This document shows, piece after piece, positions 39,308 through 49,502 of a DNA stretch of 64,000 bases. The position numbers and the translations under genes are program-made. Under the pieces are notes generated by a model that was not told the DNA's origin, searched no databases, and saw nothing but the letters and a program-made list of their open reading frames with translations. The stretch is from Alphaproteobacteria bacterium (GTDB lineage: Bacteria > Pseudomonadota > Alphaproteobacteria > Rs-D84): NCBI GenBank assembly GCA_017630405.1, contig JAGBVH010000009.1, forward strand, positions 14,149-78,148, given 5' to 3'. The first letter of the stretch is position 1, and each line of letters starts with the position of its first letter.

Positions 39308-39982
39308 TTATTTTGCATCTACTTTCAGACCTGGGCCCTGAGTTGTAGCAACAGAGATACCCAAGATATACTGACCCTTGGCGGATGCAGGTTTGATTTT
39401 CTTTAACTGATCAATCAAAGCATTTGCATTTTCAACCAATTTAGCGGTTTCAAATGACATTTTACCAATACCAGCGTGGATAATGCCCTTCTTTTCAGCA
39501 CGGTATTCAATCTGACCAGCCTTGGCAGTCGCAACTGCTTCTGCTACGTTGTTTGTAACAGTGCCCAATTTTGGGTTTGGCATCAGGCCCTTTGGACCCA
39601 AGATGCGTGCAACCTTGGACATTTTTGGCATCATGTCAGGTGTTGCGATAACGCGGTCAAAGTTGATATTGCCCGCCGCAACTGCTTCAATCAATTCTTC
39701 GCCACCAACAACATCGGCACCTGCCTTTTTGGCCTCTTCCTGAGCATTAACTGTGAAAACAGCAACGCGTACGGATTTACCTGTGCCATTTGGCAAAGAC
39801 AACATACCACGAATGTTCTGGTCTGCTTTTGTTACATCGATACCCAAACGGATAGCGATTTCCAATGTTTCATCGAATTTCTTGGACGCATATTCACGCA
39901 ATGTTTCAATTGCTTCGTTCAAAGAATACACTTTTTCTGTATCCAAGTTCTTCCAAGTCTGTTGTTTTTTAGTCAGTTTCAT
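39308..39982 (-). CDS. rplA: 50S ribosomal protein L1
   Basis: KFDET, LGPKGLMPNPKLGT. Confidence 0.98.
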   Translation of the reverse strand: MKLTKKQQTWKNLDTEKVYSLNEAIETLREYASKKFDETLEIAIRLGIDVTKADQNIRGMLSLPNGTGKSVRVAVFTVNAQEEAKKAGADVVGGEELIEAVAAGNINFDRVIATPDMMPKMSKVARILGPKGLMPNPKLGTVTNNVAEAVATAKAGQIEYRAEKKGIIHAGIGKMSFETAKLVENANALIDQLKKIKPASAKGQYILGISVATTQGPGLKVDAK

Positions 39983-39986
39983 GATA

Positions 39987-40418
39987 TTACTCCTCTACCT
40001 TTACGCCCATAGAACGGCACTGACCCGCAACAATGTTCATAGCGGATTCAATGGAAGAGCAATTCAAGTCAGGCATTTTTGCTTCGGCAATTTCTTTAAT
40101 CTGAGCCTTGGATAATGTACCAACAAAGTCACGACCTGGCTTGTGAGAACCGATTTTCAACTTCAATGCTTTTTTGATATAGTACGATACAGGAGGCAAT
40201 TTCATAATAAATTCGAAACTGCGATCTGTGTAAACAGTGATAATGCAAGGAATTGGCATTCCTGGTTCTTTATCAGATGTTCTATCGTTAAACTGTTTGC
40301 AGAATTCTGCAATATTTACACCGTTGGCACCCAACGCCGGACCAATAGGAGGCGCAGGATTAGCCTGTTTTGCAGGAACGACCAATTTGACCATCCCCTT
40401 AACTTCTTTTTTTGCCAT
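39987..40418 (-). CDS. rplK: 50S ribosomal protein L11
   Basis: [18 protein letters not shown]. Confidence 0.98.
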   Translation of the reverse strand: MAKKEVKGMVKLVVPAKQANPAPPIGPALGANGVNIAEFCKQFNDRTSDKEPGMPIPCIITVYTDRSFEFIMKLPPVSYYIKKALKLKIGSHKPGRDFVGTLSKAQIKEIAEAKMPDLNCSSIESAMNIVAGQCRSMGVKVEE

Positions 40419-40522
40419 TTTTTCACTCCGTTTTTTTTGGTTAGTGTCGTGGTACGATATGGCGTATCTACCACGGGTTGCTGTGATTTTACTGAATATT
40501 TTTCAGAAAACCACAAAAAACT

Positions 40523-41056
40523 TTAGACTTTTTCAACCTGACTGAATTCCAAGTCCATGCTGGTTTCACGTCCAAAGACTAGAACAGTCACTGTCATCTT
40601 TTGTTTTACATTGTCGACTTCGGATGCAATACCGTTAAAGCCAGCGAACGGACCATCGATAACATGAACCTCTTGACCTACTTCGTATTCAACATCTTCC
40701 ATAACAACTGCGCCTTCTTCGACCTGTTTCAACAAGCGACGCGCTTCTTCTTCGCTTACTGCGATAGGTTTATTTTTTGCACCCAAGAACATAACAACCT
40801 GAGGCACCTGTTTCACCAAGGTAAATGTTTCATTATTCATAACCATCTGAACAACAATATAACCTGGGAAAAATTTCTTTTCACTTTTTACACGCTTGCC
40901 AGCCTTGATTTCTGTCACTTCACGTGTTGGAACCAAAATTTCGCCAAACAACGCGTTCAAACGACGCTTGTCAATCTGTTCACGCAGACCGCGCGCTACT
41001 TTATCTTCGCACCCAGTATGAACATTGACGACAAACCACTGCATTTTTTCTTCCAT
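40523..41056 (-). CDS. nusG: Transcription factor NusG
   Basis: KFFPGY, KOW motif DGPFAGFNG, VFGRET. Confidence 0.97.
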   Translation of the reverse strand: MEEKMQWFVVNVHTGCEDKVARGLREQIDKRRLNALFGEILVPTREVTEIKAGKRVKSEKKFFPGYIVVQMVMNNETFTLVKQVPQVVMFLGAKNKPIAVSEEEARRLLKQVEEGAVVMEDVEYEVGQEVHVIDGPFAGFNGIASEVDNVKQKMTVTVLVFGRETSMDLEFSQVEKV

Positions 41057-41080
41057 TTTATGCTTCCTTTGCCCGTTTCC

Positions 41081-41260
41081 TTAGAAAATCCAACCAACAA
41101 TCGCGTTCAGCACACTGTCAACCACAAAAAAGAACAGTGCCGCCGCCGCAGAAAACACCAGAATCGTGATCGTAGCACGAATAACACTGTCGCGTGATGG
41201 CCATACAATCTTAAACCATTCGCTGCGAACCGACTTAAAAAATTCTAGTACTTTCTTCAT
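41081..41260 (-). CDS. secE: Preprotein translocase SecE
   Basis: EWFKIVWPSR plus one TM helix, upstream of nusG. Confidence 0.92.
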   Translation of the reverse strand: MKKVLEFFKSVRSEWFKIVWPSRDSVIRATITILVFSAAAALFFFVVDSVLNAIVGWIF

Positions 41261-41327
41261 AAAACCCATCCACTTTATTTCGGCACACACATCGCCAAAA
41301 TCCGCACGAATCCGCCATTTTTTAAAC

Positions 41328-41401
41328 TGGCAGGGGCAGAAGGAATCGAACCCTCATCCGCGGTTTTGGAGACCGATATTCTACCGTTGAACTATGCCCC
41401 T
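41328..41401 (-). tRNA. tRNA-Trp(CCA)
   Basis: AGGGGCA...CGGT-CTCCAAA-ACCG...GGTTCGATTCC...TGCCCCTG-CCA. Confidence 0.97.
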
Positions 41402-41617
41402 GTGCGTCCGCTAGTATGTCGCGTACCAATACATAGTCTGCGACAGAATAGCATATGAATACAAAAAATCAAGTGGAAATATTATAATACTTTTCGTTTT
41501 TTTGCGCAAGTTTATTTTTACATCTTTATTTTACAACCTCTTTGATTTTCGCAACTTTTTGCTTGCACATGTACGCACTTTTTTTCTACAATCAACTTAA
41601 TTAAGGGGGAGAAAACT

Positions 41618-42307
41618 GTGCAAAACCGCGTAGAACCGCCAATTTTACTATCTAGATTGCTGACATTTATCTTGGCTGTGTCGGTGGTTGTTTTGTTTAC
41701 TTTGGGCATGACATTGAAAAACATGTTCCCTTTGAACAGACCCCAGGTATTCTTTTTGACATCCCAATTGCGCGATAATATCGAGGCGAAAGTGACTGAA
41801 ATGCCCGCAACGGATGAAAATATGGACCGCTATGTTCGCGCCTTTATTCGCGAATACATCCGCGCAAGAAACGAAATCTTTCCAAACGCCAAAATTATGG
41901 AAAAAAAGTGGAGCGCGATGGAAGGACTGGTAAAGAACTGGTCAACAGATAATGTTTATAAAAAGTTTTCAAATACCGCGATGGTTAATGCAATCAGACG
42001 GCATGGTGCAATTAACCTTGATATTTCTTGTCAGGTGGAATATTTGGCAAATCAGCAGAATTCTTCGTCAATTCAATATCTGCAGAACGAAAAAATGTAT
42101 CAGATAAAATTTAGGTATCTTTGTACAAATAATGCTGGACCTTTGCCCCCAAAAGATTATACAATCACTTTGAAATTAGTATCTGGGGAACAGGAAACAA
42201 CCAGATGGAAGGATCGTGTTGAGAACCCACTGGGGCTGCGCGTGTCAGAATACAAAATAACCGCTGGCGGGATTGACCCATTGGACGGTTTTATGGCAAC
42301 TAAATAG
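41618..42307 (+). CDS. virB8: Type IV secretion VirB8-like protein
   Basis: N-terminal TM helix, FIREYIRAR helix, ENPLGLRVSEY motif. Confidence 0.85.
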   Translation: MQNRVEPPILLSRLLTFILAVSVVVLFTLGMTLKNMFPLNRPQVFFLTSQLRDNIEAKVTEMPATDENMDRYVRAFIREYIRARNEIFPNAKIMEKKWSAMEGLVKNWSTDNVYKKFSNTAMVNAIRRHGAINLDISCQVEYLANQQNSSSIQYLQNEKMYQIKFRYLCTNNAGPLPPKDYTITLKLVSGEQETTRWKDRVENPLGLRVSEYKITAGGIDPLDGFMATK

Positions 42308-42323
42308 AAACGGAAGGATTGGT

Positions 42324-43859
42324 ATGACAATGGTTAATTTATTTAAATTCAATGTATTGGTCGCATGTATGGCGACCGTCTTGGCAATTCCTGCATACGC
42401 TGAAGATACTGGCGCATATGGAATACAAGAGGCATGGGATAATCCAACCGCAAATATGGCCGCGGGCAGCATTAAGCCGGGATACGCACAGCTGTCTTGG
42501 TCCGAGGGTGCGGTTCTGCCAATCAAGTTACGCAACGGTATGCTGACTATGATTAACCTGCCAAATGGGGAAAAGATTGCTGATGCCCAGGTTGGTGACA
42601 CAAGTCAATTCGACATCAGCGCAACACAGGGCGAACGCACAATGTTCATATCCCCAAAATCTAACAACCAAGGCTCCGATACAAATATGATTGTTATGGG
42701 TGCATCTGGTAATAAATATATTTTCTATCTGCGCGCAGAACCATCTAACTCAAGCGAGATTACATATTCTCAGGTTGATATTATGCTGGATGGTAATGGC
42801 GCATTGCCTATGGCGATGGGTGGCAAAGCATCTGGTGGCGCATCTTCAATTTTCCAAAAGCCTGCAACAACATCAAATACAGTTGGTGTTGATGGCGAAG
42901 ATTATGGCTGGATAAAATCTATGAAGATCGATCCATCTGAATTCCGTTTTGATTTGGATATCTTTGTTCCAAATCCAGATGACTATGTAATCGCGCCCGA
43001 ACGCGTATGGCGCGACAGAATCTTTACATATATCGACTTTGGCGACAAAGTTATCGCAATGACACAAAGACCGGTTGTATCGCTGTTGGTCGAAGGTGGT
43101 GAATCCCCTGTTGGGTTCCGCACAGATGGCGAAGATGGCCGCTTGTTAATCGTAGAAGCGGTTGGCGATATGGTTCTGCGCAGCGGTCAACGCATTGTTT
43201 GTATCAAGAAACGCGAAAAACCATTCTTGATTGCTGATACTGCATCTGTGATGGCATTGGCCGAAGCAAATGTTGCACAAAGTATGCTGTCTGGTCAGTC
43301 GTTGAATAATATCGCATATACCGCGGATATGGCCGCGATGAGCATGGGCACAAATTATACTGCCACACCTATGTTTATGGGCAACACAGCAACTGTTAAC
43401 CCAGCAACAGGCGCGGGATATTATATGCCAGCGGGCTTTACTGCACCACAGGCGATGCCACAAAGCACAGGCGGCGTTGTAAACATGTTGCCAACTCAGC
43501 GCAATACTGCGGGCGCATATCTACCACAGACAAATATTCCATTGATTTCCAGCAACCAAACAGGTGTTGCGGTAGAATTGAAATCAGATACATCGGTCAA
43601 GGCACTGGAAGACTATTGGACAAGGCTGTTAGCAAAGTTTAGTGGCGATGATGGTCAGGGACTGTTGACACCATACGCAAATAAAGTTTTCTTTGCGGTT
43701 GACGAACAGGGTGTCGGCGATTTGGGCGCGGCTTCGTCTGCTGCACGCCAATACCGTTTGCGCATTGGGCCATTGGCTGATATTGATGCTGCACAAACAC
43801 TGTGCGACAAGTTGCTGAAATTTAACAGCACAAGTTGCAGTGTCGTCAGAATGCAATAA
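42324..43859 (+). CDS. virB9: Type IV secretion VirB9/TrbG-like protein with C-terminal SPOR-like domain
   Basis: Signal peptide, LPNGEKI..GD, TNMIV..KYIFYL, IAPERVWRDRIFTYIDF; tail YRLRIGPL..AQTLC..L..C. Confidence 0.85.
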   Translation: MTMVNLFKFNVLVACMATVLAIPAYAEDTGAYGIQEAWDNPTANMAAGSIKPGYAQLSWSEGAVLPIKLRNGMLTMINLPNGEKIADAQVGDTSQFDISATQGERTMFISPKSNNQGSDTNMIVMGASGNKYIFYLRAEPSNSSEITYSQVDIMLDGNGALPMAMGGKASGGASSIFQKPATTSNTVGVDGEDYGWIKSMKIDPSEFRFDLDIFVPNPDDYVIAPERVWRDRIFTYIDFGDKVIAMTQRPVVSLLVEGGESPVGFRTDGEDGRLLIVEAVGDMVLRSGQRIVCIKKREKPFLIADTASVMALAEANVAQSMLSGQSLNNIAYTADMAAMSMGTNYTATPMFMGNTATVNPATGAGYYMPAGFTAPQAMPQSTGGVVNMLPTQRNTAGAYLPQTNIPLISSNQTGVAVELKSDTSVKALEDYWTRLLAKFSGDDGQGLLTPYANKVFFAVDEQGVGDLGAASSAARQYRLRIGPLADIDAAQTLCDKLLKFNSTSCSVVRMQ

Positions 43860-43894
43860 TTTTCATAGATGTACTTAATTTGTGGGGTCAAGGG

Positions 43895-46279
43895 ATGAAA
43901 AAACTGAAGCAACAAATATCTGAATTGCTGAAAAATACACCCAAACATTTTCAATGGATTTTGTTAGGGATTGCCTTTGTTGTGGTGTTGATTCTGTTGA
44001 CCCTGCTGATTGGTGGCAACAAAGAAAAAACAAAAATAATTGATCCGGTTGAAAATGTGCCGGTGGACATTAAAATTACCCCAAGTATAATTAATTGGGC
44101 AGATACTCTGGTTGGCGACATCAGAGAACAACAGATTGCGGTTACTGCCAATTCGGCAATTAACATTAAATCTTTTAATGTACCAGTTTCTGTCCAAGGA
44201 TTGGATGTAACCAATACATGTGAAGCAGCAGGATTTATTGATACAGAATTAGATTGTTATATAAATTTAATATACGAGCCAACATATGAAATGGCGGCAA
44301 AAACTATACCGCTTGAATTGGAATGGTATTCCGCACAGGCAACCCCGGAAATGAGCGAAATATTCACAATCGAAGTGACGGTTGGTGCAATAGAGTCTGA
44401 ATTTAACGCCCAAAAACCAGTTGTCGTTCCAGAACCAGAGCCAGAGCCAGAACCGGAACCAGAACCGGAACCAGAACTGGAACCGGAACCGGAGCCGGAG
44501 CCAGAACCAGAACTGGAACCTGTAAAAAAGGCCGTTAACACTATTGCGGCAGGTGACCCTTTTGAAAAACCAAAACGCGAAGAAAAATATGCCGAACCTT
44601 GTTCCGAATTCGCATTTGCTGGATATAATCTGTCGGGCACACAAAGCGGCTGGATTAAACCAGAGGATGGCGCATATTATTTCCATCCTTTTTCCGATAC
44701 GGATTGCAGCGATCCAACCGGTATCTATAATCCAGATTCTGGTTTGATTATGGACATTGATAATCGTGGCCGAAAAATCGGTACAGATGCTGAACATATT
44801 GGTTATGTTGCGATATCTGGTGGACGACCACCAGAATTGTCGAACAAACCAGCAGTAAGACCCGTTAATCGCGCACGTCAAAACACCGCACCACGCGAAA
44901 GTGGTGGCAGCAGTTTTGCGGATATAAATAACAACGGAATCATAGTACAACCCGCCAAGGAAACAGATGTTACATACGGCACAACTGGCACCGCGGTTGT
45001 TTCAACCCAGCCATATGACCGCTCGTTTATCTTGCGCCAGTTCAAGCCAATTCCTGCAACAATTGTTTCGGATGTTCGTGCGGATATAAAACTGTTACAA
45101 AGTGAAGGTTCTTTGCCGGTACGCGCGACCGTTGACCGAAATGTCTATGCCGATAATGGTCGCACCGTTATTTTGCCAGCGGGAACATTGATGATGGGAT
45201 ATGTGACCGGTGAAATCCCAGGACCATACAAGGCCATCGGTCGTATGGAAATTAAATGGTATCAGTTTATTCTACCAAATGGTGTTGAATTTAATTTTGC
45301 CGGCGGCGAAGATCCATTCTCGGCCGATGCACAGGGTCGCGTTGGTGTCCCAGGTCGCGGCAGCACCGATTATCTGGAACAGTTCTTTATGCCAATGGTG
45401 ACCGCGTTTGTTCCAGCGGCAATTAACCTGATTAATCCTGTTGCGGATGCGTTTGTGAATCAGATTGATTTAGACAGCAATACAGTTGTTCAAAGCGGAA
45501 CTATGCGTTCATCCGAATTGGCCAAGAATGAAATCATTACAGCTTGGAATCAAGTGGCACAAAAGTTGATGGTTGATATGCTGGATAATACCGTTCCGCC
45601 ATTTACAATTGCCGCAGGTACACGTATTACGGTATATTCGCCTGTTGATTTACAGGTCGCCTGTACAACTAATGACAAGTGCAAATTCGAGGAAAGAGAT
45701 AATAGCAATGCAACCCAACGAAAAACACGTCGTGATTGGGGCAAGGACGGAGATGTTAATAACATGGGGGCTACACCGGCAAATGATGGTTCTTGGATTG
45801 GTCAAACACGCAGTTTCCAAGCTGACCAATATTGTGAACTAGACGACGGTGGTCTATATCGTGTAAAACCAGAATGTTCCGGTGCAGGGACAGGTGAATT
45901 AAACTCATGCGGGGGATATTCGTATGCGACATTGAAACTGTGGTGCGATTCTTTGAATTATCAATCCAAAAAGGCATTGCAGTATGAAGCATATAAAGCA
46001 GATCAAAGCGCACAATATCAACAAAAGATAGAAGATTTGGGCGGAATAGGCAGCCAACAGTACAATGAAGAAATTCTGGGGGTAAAATACGATGCCGAAG
46101 GTCATGTTATGAATCCATATGAATCCGCACCAAAGGCCGAAGCGGGTCTGACATGTGAAGACGGCACTCCACCAGATCAATATGGATGCTGTACCGGTGA
46201 AATATACACCGATATGGGCGAAGATGGGTTTAACTGTTGTCCAGAAACCGGGGGCGACTGTTTCCCACCACTGATATAA
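43895..46279 (+). CDS. virB10: Type IV secretion VirB10/TrbI-like protein with extra domains
   Basis: TM anchor, Pro-rich linker, IPATI..VRATVDRNVYADNGRTVILPAGT, ADAQGRVGVPG, PPFTIAAGTRITV. Confidence 0.88.
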   Translation: MKKLKQQISELLKNTPKHFQWILLGIAFVVVLILLTLLIGGNKEKTKIIDPVENVPVDIKITPSIINWADTLVGDIREQQIAVTANSAINIKSFNVPVSVQGLDVTNTCEAAGFIDTELDCYINLIYEPTYEMAAKTIPLELEWYSAQATPEMSEIFTIEVTVGAIESEFNAQKPVVVPEPEPEPEPEPEPEPELEPEPEPEPEPELEPVKKAVNTIAAGDPFEKPKREEKYAEPCSEFAFAGYNLSGTQSGWIKPEDGAYYFHPFSDTDCSDPTGIYNPDSGLIMDIDNRGRKIGTDAEHIGYVAISGGRPPELSNKPAVRPVNRARQNTAPRESGGSSFADINNNGIIVQPAKETDVTYGTTGTAVVSTQPYDRSFILRQFKPIPATIVSDVRADIKLLQSEGSLPVRATVDRNVYADNGRTVILPAGTLMMGYVTGEIPGPYKAIGRMEIKWYQFILPNGVEFNFAGGEDPFSADAQGRVGVPGRGSTDYLEQFFMPMVTAFVPAAINLINPVADAFVNQIDLDSNTVVQSGTMRSSELAKNEIITAWNQVAQKLMVDMLDNTVPPFTIAAGTRITVYSPVDLQVACTTNDKCKFEERDNSNATQRKTRRDWGKDGDVNNMGATPANDGSWIGQTRSFQADQYCELDDGGLYRVKPECSGAGTGELNSCGGYSYATLKLWCDSLNYQSKKALQYEAYKADQSAQYQQKIEDLGGIGSQQYNEEILGVKYDAEGHVMNPYESAPKAEAGLTCEDGTPPDQYGCCTGEIYTDMGEDGFNCCPETGGDCFPPLI
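44429..44521 (+). repeat. Coding hexanucleotide repeat, (Pro-Glu)n linker of VirB10
   Basis: About 15 degenerate CCRGAR units. Confidence 0.9.
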
Positions 46280-46534
46280 ATAATCCCGCCGATTGGCGGG
46301 TTTATTTTTAAAATGCATATATTAAATTTATCGCGCCACATGGCGCTTTTTTTATTCGGAGAAAAGACATGAAAAAAATAGATTATGGATAAATTATCGA
46401 TTCGCTTTAGGTAATATAAATTCGCAATATGAATCGGATTTTCGATTCGAATTTCAACCAACGGTTGTAATTCTTCACAGGATTCTTTTCTTGTTCTATA
46501 AATAGCAACAGGGCAAAACAAAGGAGAAAGAAAA

Positions 46535-46882
46535 ATGACACAAACTAACACTATCGCAATCAATGTATCAGAAAAATTTCAAAACGCAGAACAAATGTGG
46601 TTCTGGTTTTTATATTCTAAATCCGTCCGCAATAATTTCGGCCATATGCGTGTCAGTCCAACACGCAGGCCATGCGAACTGGTTGACATAGAAACAATGA
46701 TAACAAAACTTTATTTGTCGGGTAAATTAACCGATGAACAGTTGGCGGTGATGAAAAAATTTGGCGACCGCAGGCGCGCACCACATCAATATATCTGGGC
46801 GGAAAATCGTGCTGCCGCACAATGGAACAGCGCGATGAAAACTATTTATGAATCCGCACACAAATTAGGCTGGGTTGAATAA
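46535..46882 (+). CDS. Hypothetical protein resembling a conserved alphaproteobacterial family
   Basis: FxxAEQMWFWF...RPCELVDI...KLY motif, strong SD; family resemblance is from memory. Confidence 0.8.
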   Translation: MTQTNTIAINVSEKFQNAEQMWFWFLYSKSVRNNFGHMRVSPTRRPCELVDIETMITKLYLSGKLTDEQLAVMKKFGDRRRAPHQYIWAENRAAAQWNSAMKTIYESAHKLGWVE

Positions 46883-46936
46883 CGATATATTGGGCGCACA
46901 CCTTATGCGCCCGCAACAAAAACAAAAGGAAAAAAT

Positions 46937-47272
46937 ATGATTATCATCGCGTTTTCAAGAAAAACATCCAAACTTATTCCAAGAATATTTTGTAAAAAAT
47001 ATCGACATGTTGCACCGATTGTTGTGGACGGGGATGAAATGATAATGTTGCAATTTGTGTGCGCAAAAAATATCGCACCAATAAAACTTAGAATGCGCGA
47101 TATAAAAATACTTGCACAACATGGCTGGGATTTTATATATGTGCCATGTGCCCTGCCCCACGATTTTTCTTTGCGAAAAGTTCGCACATGTGTAGAACTG
47201 ACCAAGCGTGCACTTGATATACATGATAGAAAAATACTAACGCCATTTGCTCTGTATAAAAAAATCCGCTGA
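46937..47272 (+). CDS. Hypothetical protein with His and Cys motifs (possible permuted papain-like fold)
   Basis: YRHVAPI, TCVELTKRAL, LTPFALY. Confidence 0.7.
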   Translation: MIIIAFSRKTSKLIPRIFCKKYRHVAPIVVDGDEMIMLQFVCAKNIAPIKLRMRDIKILAQHGWDFIYVPCALPHDFSLRKVRTCVELTKRALDIHDRKILTPFALYKKIR

Positions 47273-47295
47273 TACATATTCAGCGGATTTTATTT

Positions 47296-48861
47296 TTACT
47301 TGGATGTCTTTCTGATTATTTGCATTTGAACAATACCCAATACATTGGATACAGTCCAGTACAAGACCAATCCTGCCGGCATCCACGCAAACATTATCGT
47401 GAACAAAATTGGCATCCAGCGCATCATCTTCTGGGTCTGGGCAATTGTGTCGTTCGCGCCAGTACTTTTGACTGTTTTTGGCGACTGCAAATATTGCTGA
47501 ATCCACATGGTTGCGCCCATCAATATAGGCAAGATAAAGTATGGATCCATAACGGACAAATCAGACATCCACAAGAAGTGCGCATTGCGCATCTGGACCG
47601 ATACCAATAACGCCTTGTACAACGCAAAGAATACCGGTATCTGAATCAACATCGGCAGGCAACCAGCCATAGGCGATGTCTTGTGTGTTTGATACAGTTT
47701 CATCATTTCCATTTGCAGGCGAACCTTGTCGTTTGCGTACAATTTCTGGATTCTTTGCATTTCTGGCTGCATCTTTTGCATTATGGCCATATTTGTATAG
47801 GACTTGCGTGTCAATGGCCATATGCACAAACGCAACAACAATGTCATGATAATAATCGCAACACCATAATTCATAACAATCGAATTAATAGTGTTCAATA
47901 ACCACAACATTGGACGCGCCAAGAACCAAAACCAACCATAGTCTATGGATTCGCCAATGCCCGCAATTTTCGCTTCGGCTGCATCAAGAATCTTTTGTTC
48001 ACGTGGGCCAGCAAAAATATATGAAACAATAGATTTTGTTTCGCCCGCATGCACAGCAACCGCACCAGCCGCCGCGTCCGCAACATAATTGTCACCAGAT
48101 TTTTTAATACGCATAGTTTGATCAGGACTGTCGATTGATACGACTGTTTGCCAGTATTGATCTGCGAAGCCTGTAAAACCGTTTGTTGTTGTGTATGCGT
48201 ATGATTTTTTATCCAGTTTTGACCACGCGCGTGTTTCAATATCAGAATTGGCGTATGTAATCGCACCTGTGTTCACACCGGCAGATGATGCAGGATTTTT
48301 TGCGCGCACAACACGTGCATATGGCGCAAAAGACACATCCTGTTTAGAGCCGTTCTTAATCGTGTCTGTGATTGTAATAATATAACCATCAGCAGTTATC
48401 ATGCGATTAAAGTCAACACCAGATGTGCCACGCCATGAATAATTACCGTCCGCACCCTGCCATACTGTGGTGGCGGTTGGCGCAACAGTACCATTTGCCA
48501 AAAGGCCTACTTCGATATAATTATCATCCGCGCCCAGTAATGATACAGGCGTGCTGTCAGCAGACGATGTCGGATAGTTAGTTAATTTGATATCTGATAT
48601 ACGCAAACCTTGGACAGTTGCATCAACGGTATCAGATGAAACCTGCGCCGTTGGAACAGCCGAAATATCAACTGTTTCGATATCTTCGCTTTGTGTCTGG
48701 GGCTGCTGCTTTGGCCCCATAAATACGCCAACCATCCACCACGCAAGAAAGAACATTCCCAACCACCACAAGAAACTTGAAAAACCAGATTTCTTTTGTG
48801 TGGCCGCGCGATTTGCGTTCCACTGACTAAAACCAGAATTTTTATCCAAAAATTGAACCAT
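47296..48861 (-). CDS. yidC: Membrane protein insertase YidC
   Basis: IDYGWFWFLA, GCLPMLIQIPVFFALY, DPYFILP, PAGLVLYWTVSN. Confidence 0.97.
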   Translation of the reverse strand: MVQFLDKNSGFSQWNANRAATQKKSGFSSFLWWLGMFFLAWWMVGVFMGPKQQPQTQSEDIETVDISAVPTAQVSSDTVDATVQGLRISDIKLTNYPTSSADSTPVSLLGADDNYIEVGLLANGTVAPTATTVWQGADGNYSWRGTSGVDFNRMITADGYIITITDTIKNGSKQDVSFAPYARVVRAKNPASSAGVNTGAITYANSDIETRAWSKLDKKSYAYTTTNGFTGFADQYWQTVVSIDSPDQTMRIKKSGDNYVADAAAGAVAVHAGETKSIVSYIFAGPREQKILDAAEAKIAGIGESIDYGWFWFLARPMLWLLNTINSIVMNYGVAIIIMTLLLRLCIWPLTRKSYTNMAIMQKMQPEMQRIQKLYANDKVRLQMEMMKLYQTHKTSPMAGCLPMLIQIPVFFALYKALLVSVQMRNAHFLWMSDLSVMDPYFILPILMGATMWIQQYLQSPKTVKSTGANDTIAQTQKMMRWMPILFTIMFAWMPAGLVLYWTVSNVLGIVQMQIIRKTSK

Positions 48862-48863
48862 GA

Positions 48864-49400
48864 TTATTTACCACCCTTTACTTGTTTCATACATTTACGA
48901 CGCGCCAGATACAGGTTTAATATATACAAACCAACACCAACAACGATGCAAATATCAGCCACATTAAACGCTGGCCAATGATAGCCACCAATGTGAAAAT
49001 CCAGAAAATCTATGACCGCGCCAAAACGAATACGATCAATCAAATTGCCAATCGCACCACCCGCAATCAATGCTAATGGGACCAGTTCATAACGCTGGGC
49101 GCGCTTGAACAAATAATACAGAATAAAACCAATTATGCCCGATGTCGCAATAACTATGATAATTGGCGTAGATTCACCCAACGCACGAAACAAAGAAAAT
49201 GATGTGCCTGGATTCCAAGTGAATACAAAATTAAAACAGTCTGTCACATTTGCCATCAGATATGGCACCGGTACCACAGACCAAGCATCACCAGACAAGG
49301 GTATGCCGCCTGTAATCAGATATAAAAATATTCCTTTGGATATTTGATCAAAAAATATCACACCGAATATAATCGACAGTAGAATTAAAATCTTTTTCAT
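48864..49400 (-). CDS. lspA: Lipoprotein signal peptidase
   Basis: DQISK, NPGTSFS, GAIGNLIDR, DFLD, FNVAD. Confidence 0.96.
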   Translation of the reverse strand: MKKILILLSIIFGVIFFDQISKGIFLYLITGGIPLSGDAWSVVPVPYLMANVTDCFNFVFTWNPGTSFSLFRALGESTPIIIVIATSGIIGFILYYLFKRAQRYELVPLALIAGGAIGNLIDRIRFGAVIDFLDFHIGGYHWPAFNVADICIVVGVGLYILNLYLARRKCMKQVKGGK

Positions 49401-49502
49401 TTGTTTTACTTCCTTGATTACCAAGTTAGAATATAGCAATATACCACATCAAAAGCAAATAAAATGTCCCCCATTACGGGGGATTTTTTTTACACTGTTT
49501 GC

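Noticed and set aside
29742-40545. Many long plus-strand ORFs opposite rpoBC and the ribosomal protein genes, and similar ORFs elsewhere
   Set aside because: Antisense shadows of codon-biased genes with no recognisable motifs or ribosome-binding sites
44429-44521. Possible CRISPR array or contingency repeat
   Set aside because: In-frame degenerate (Pro-Glu)n codons with no spacers
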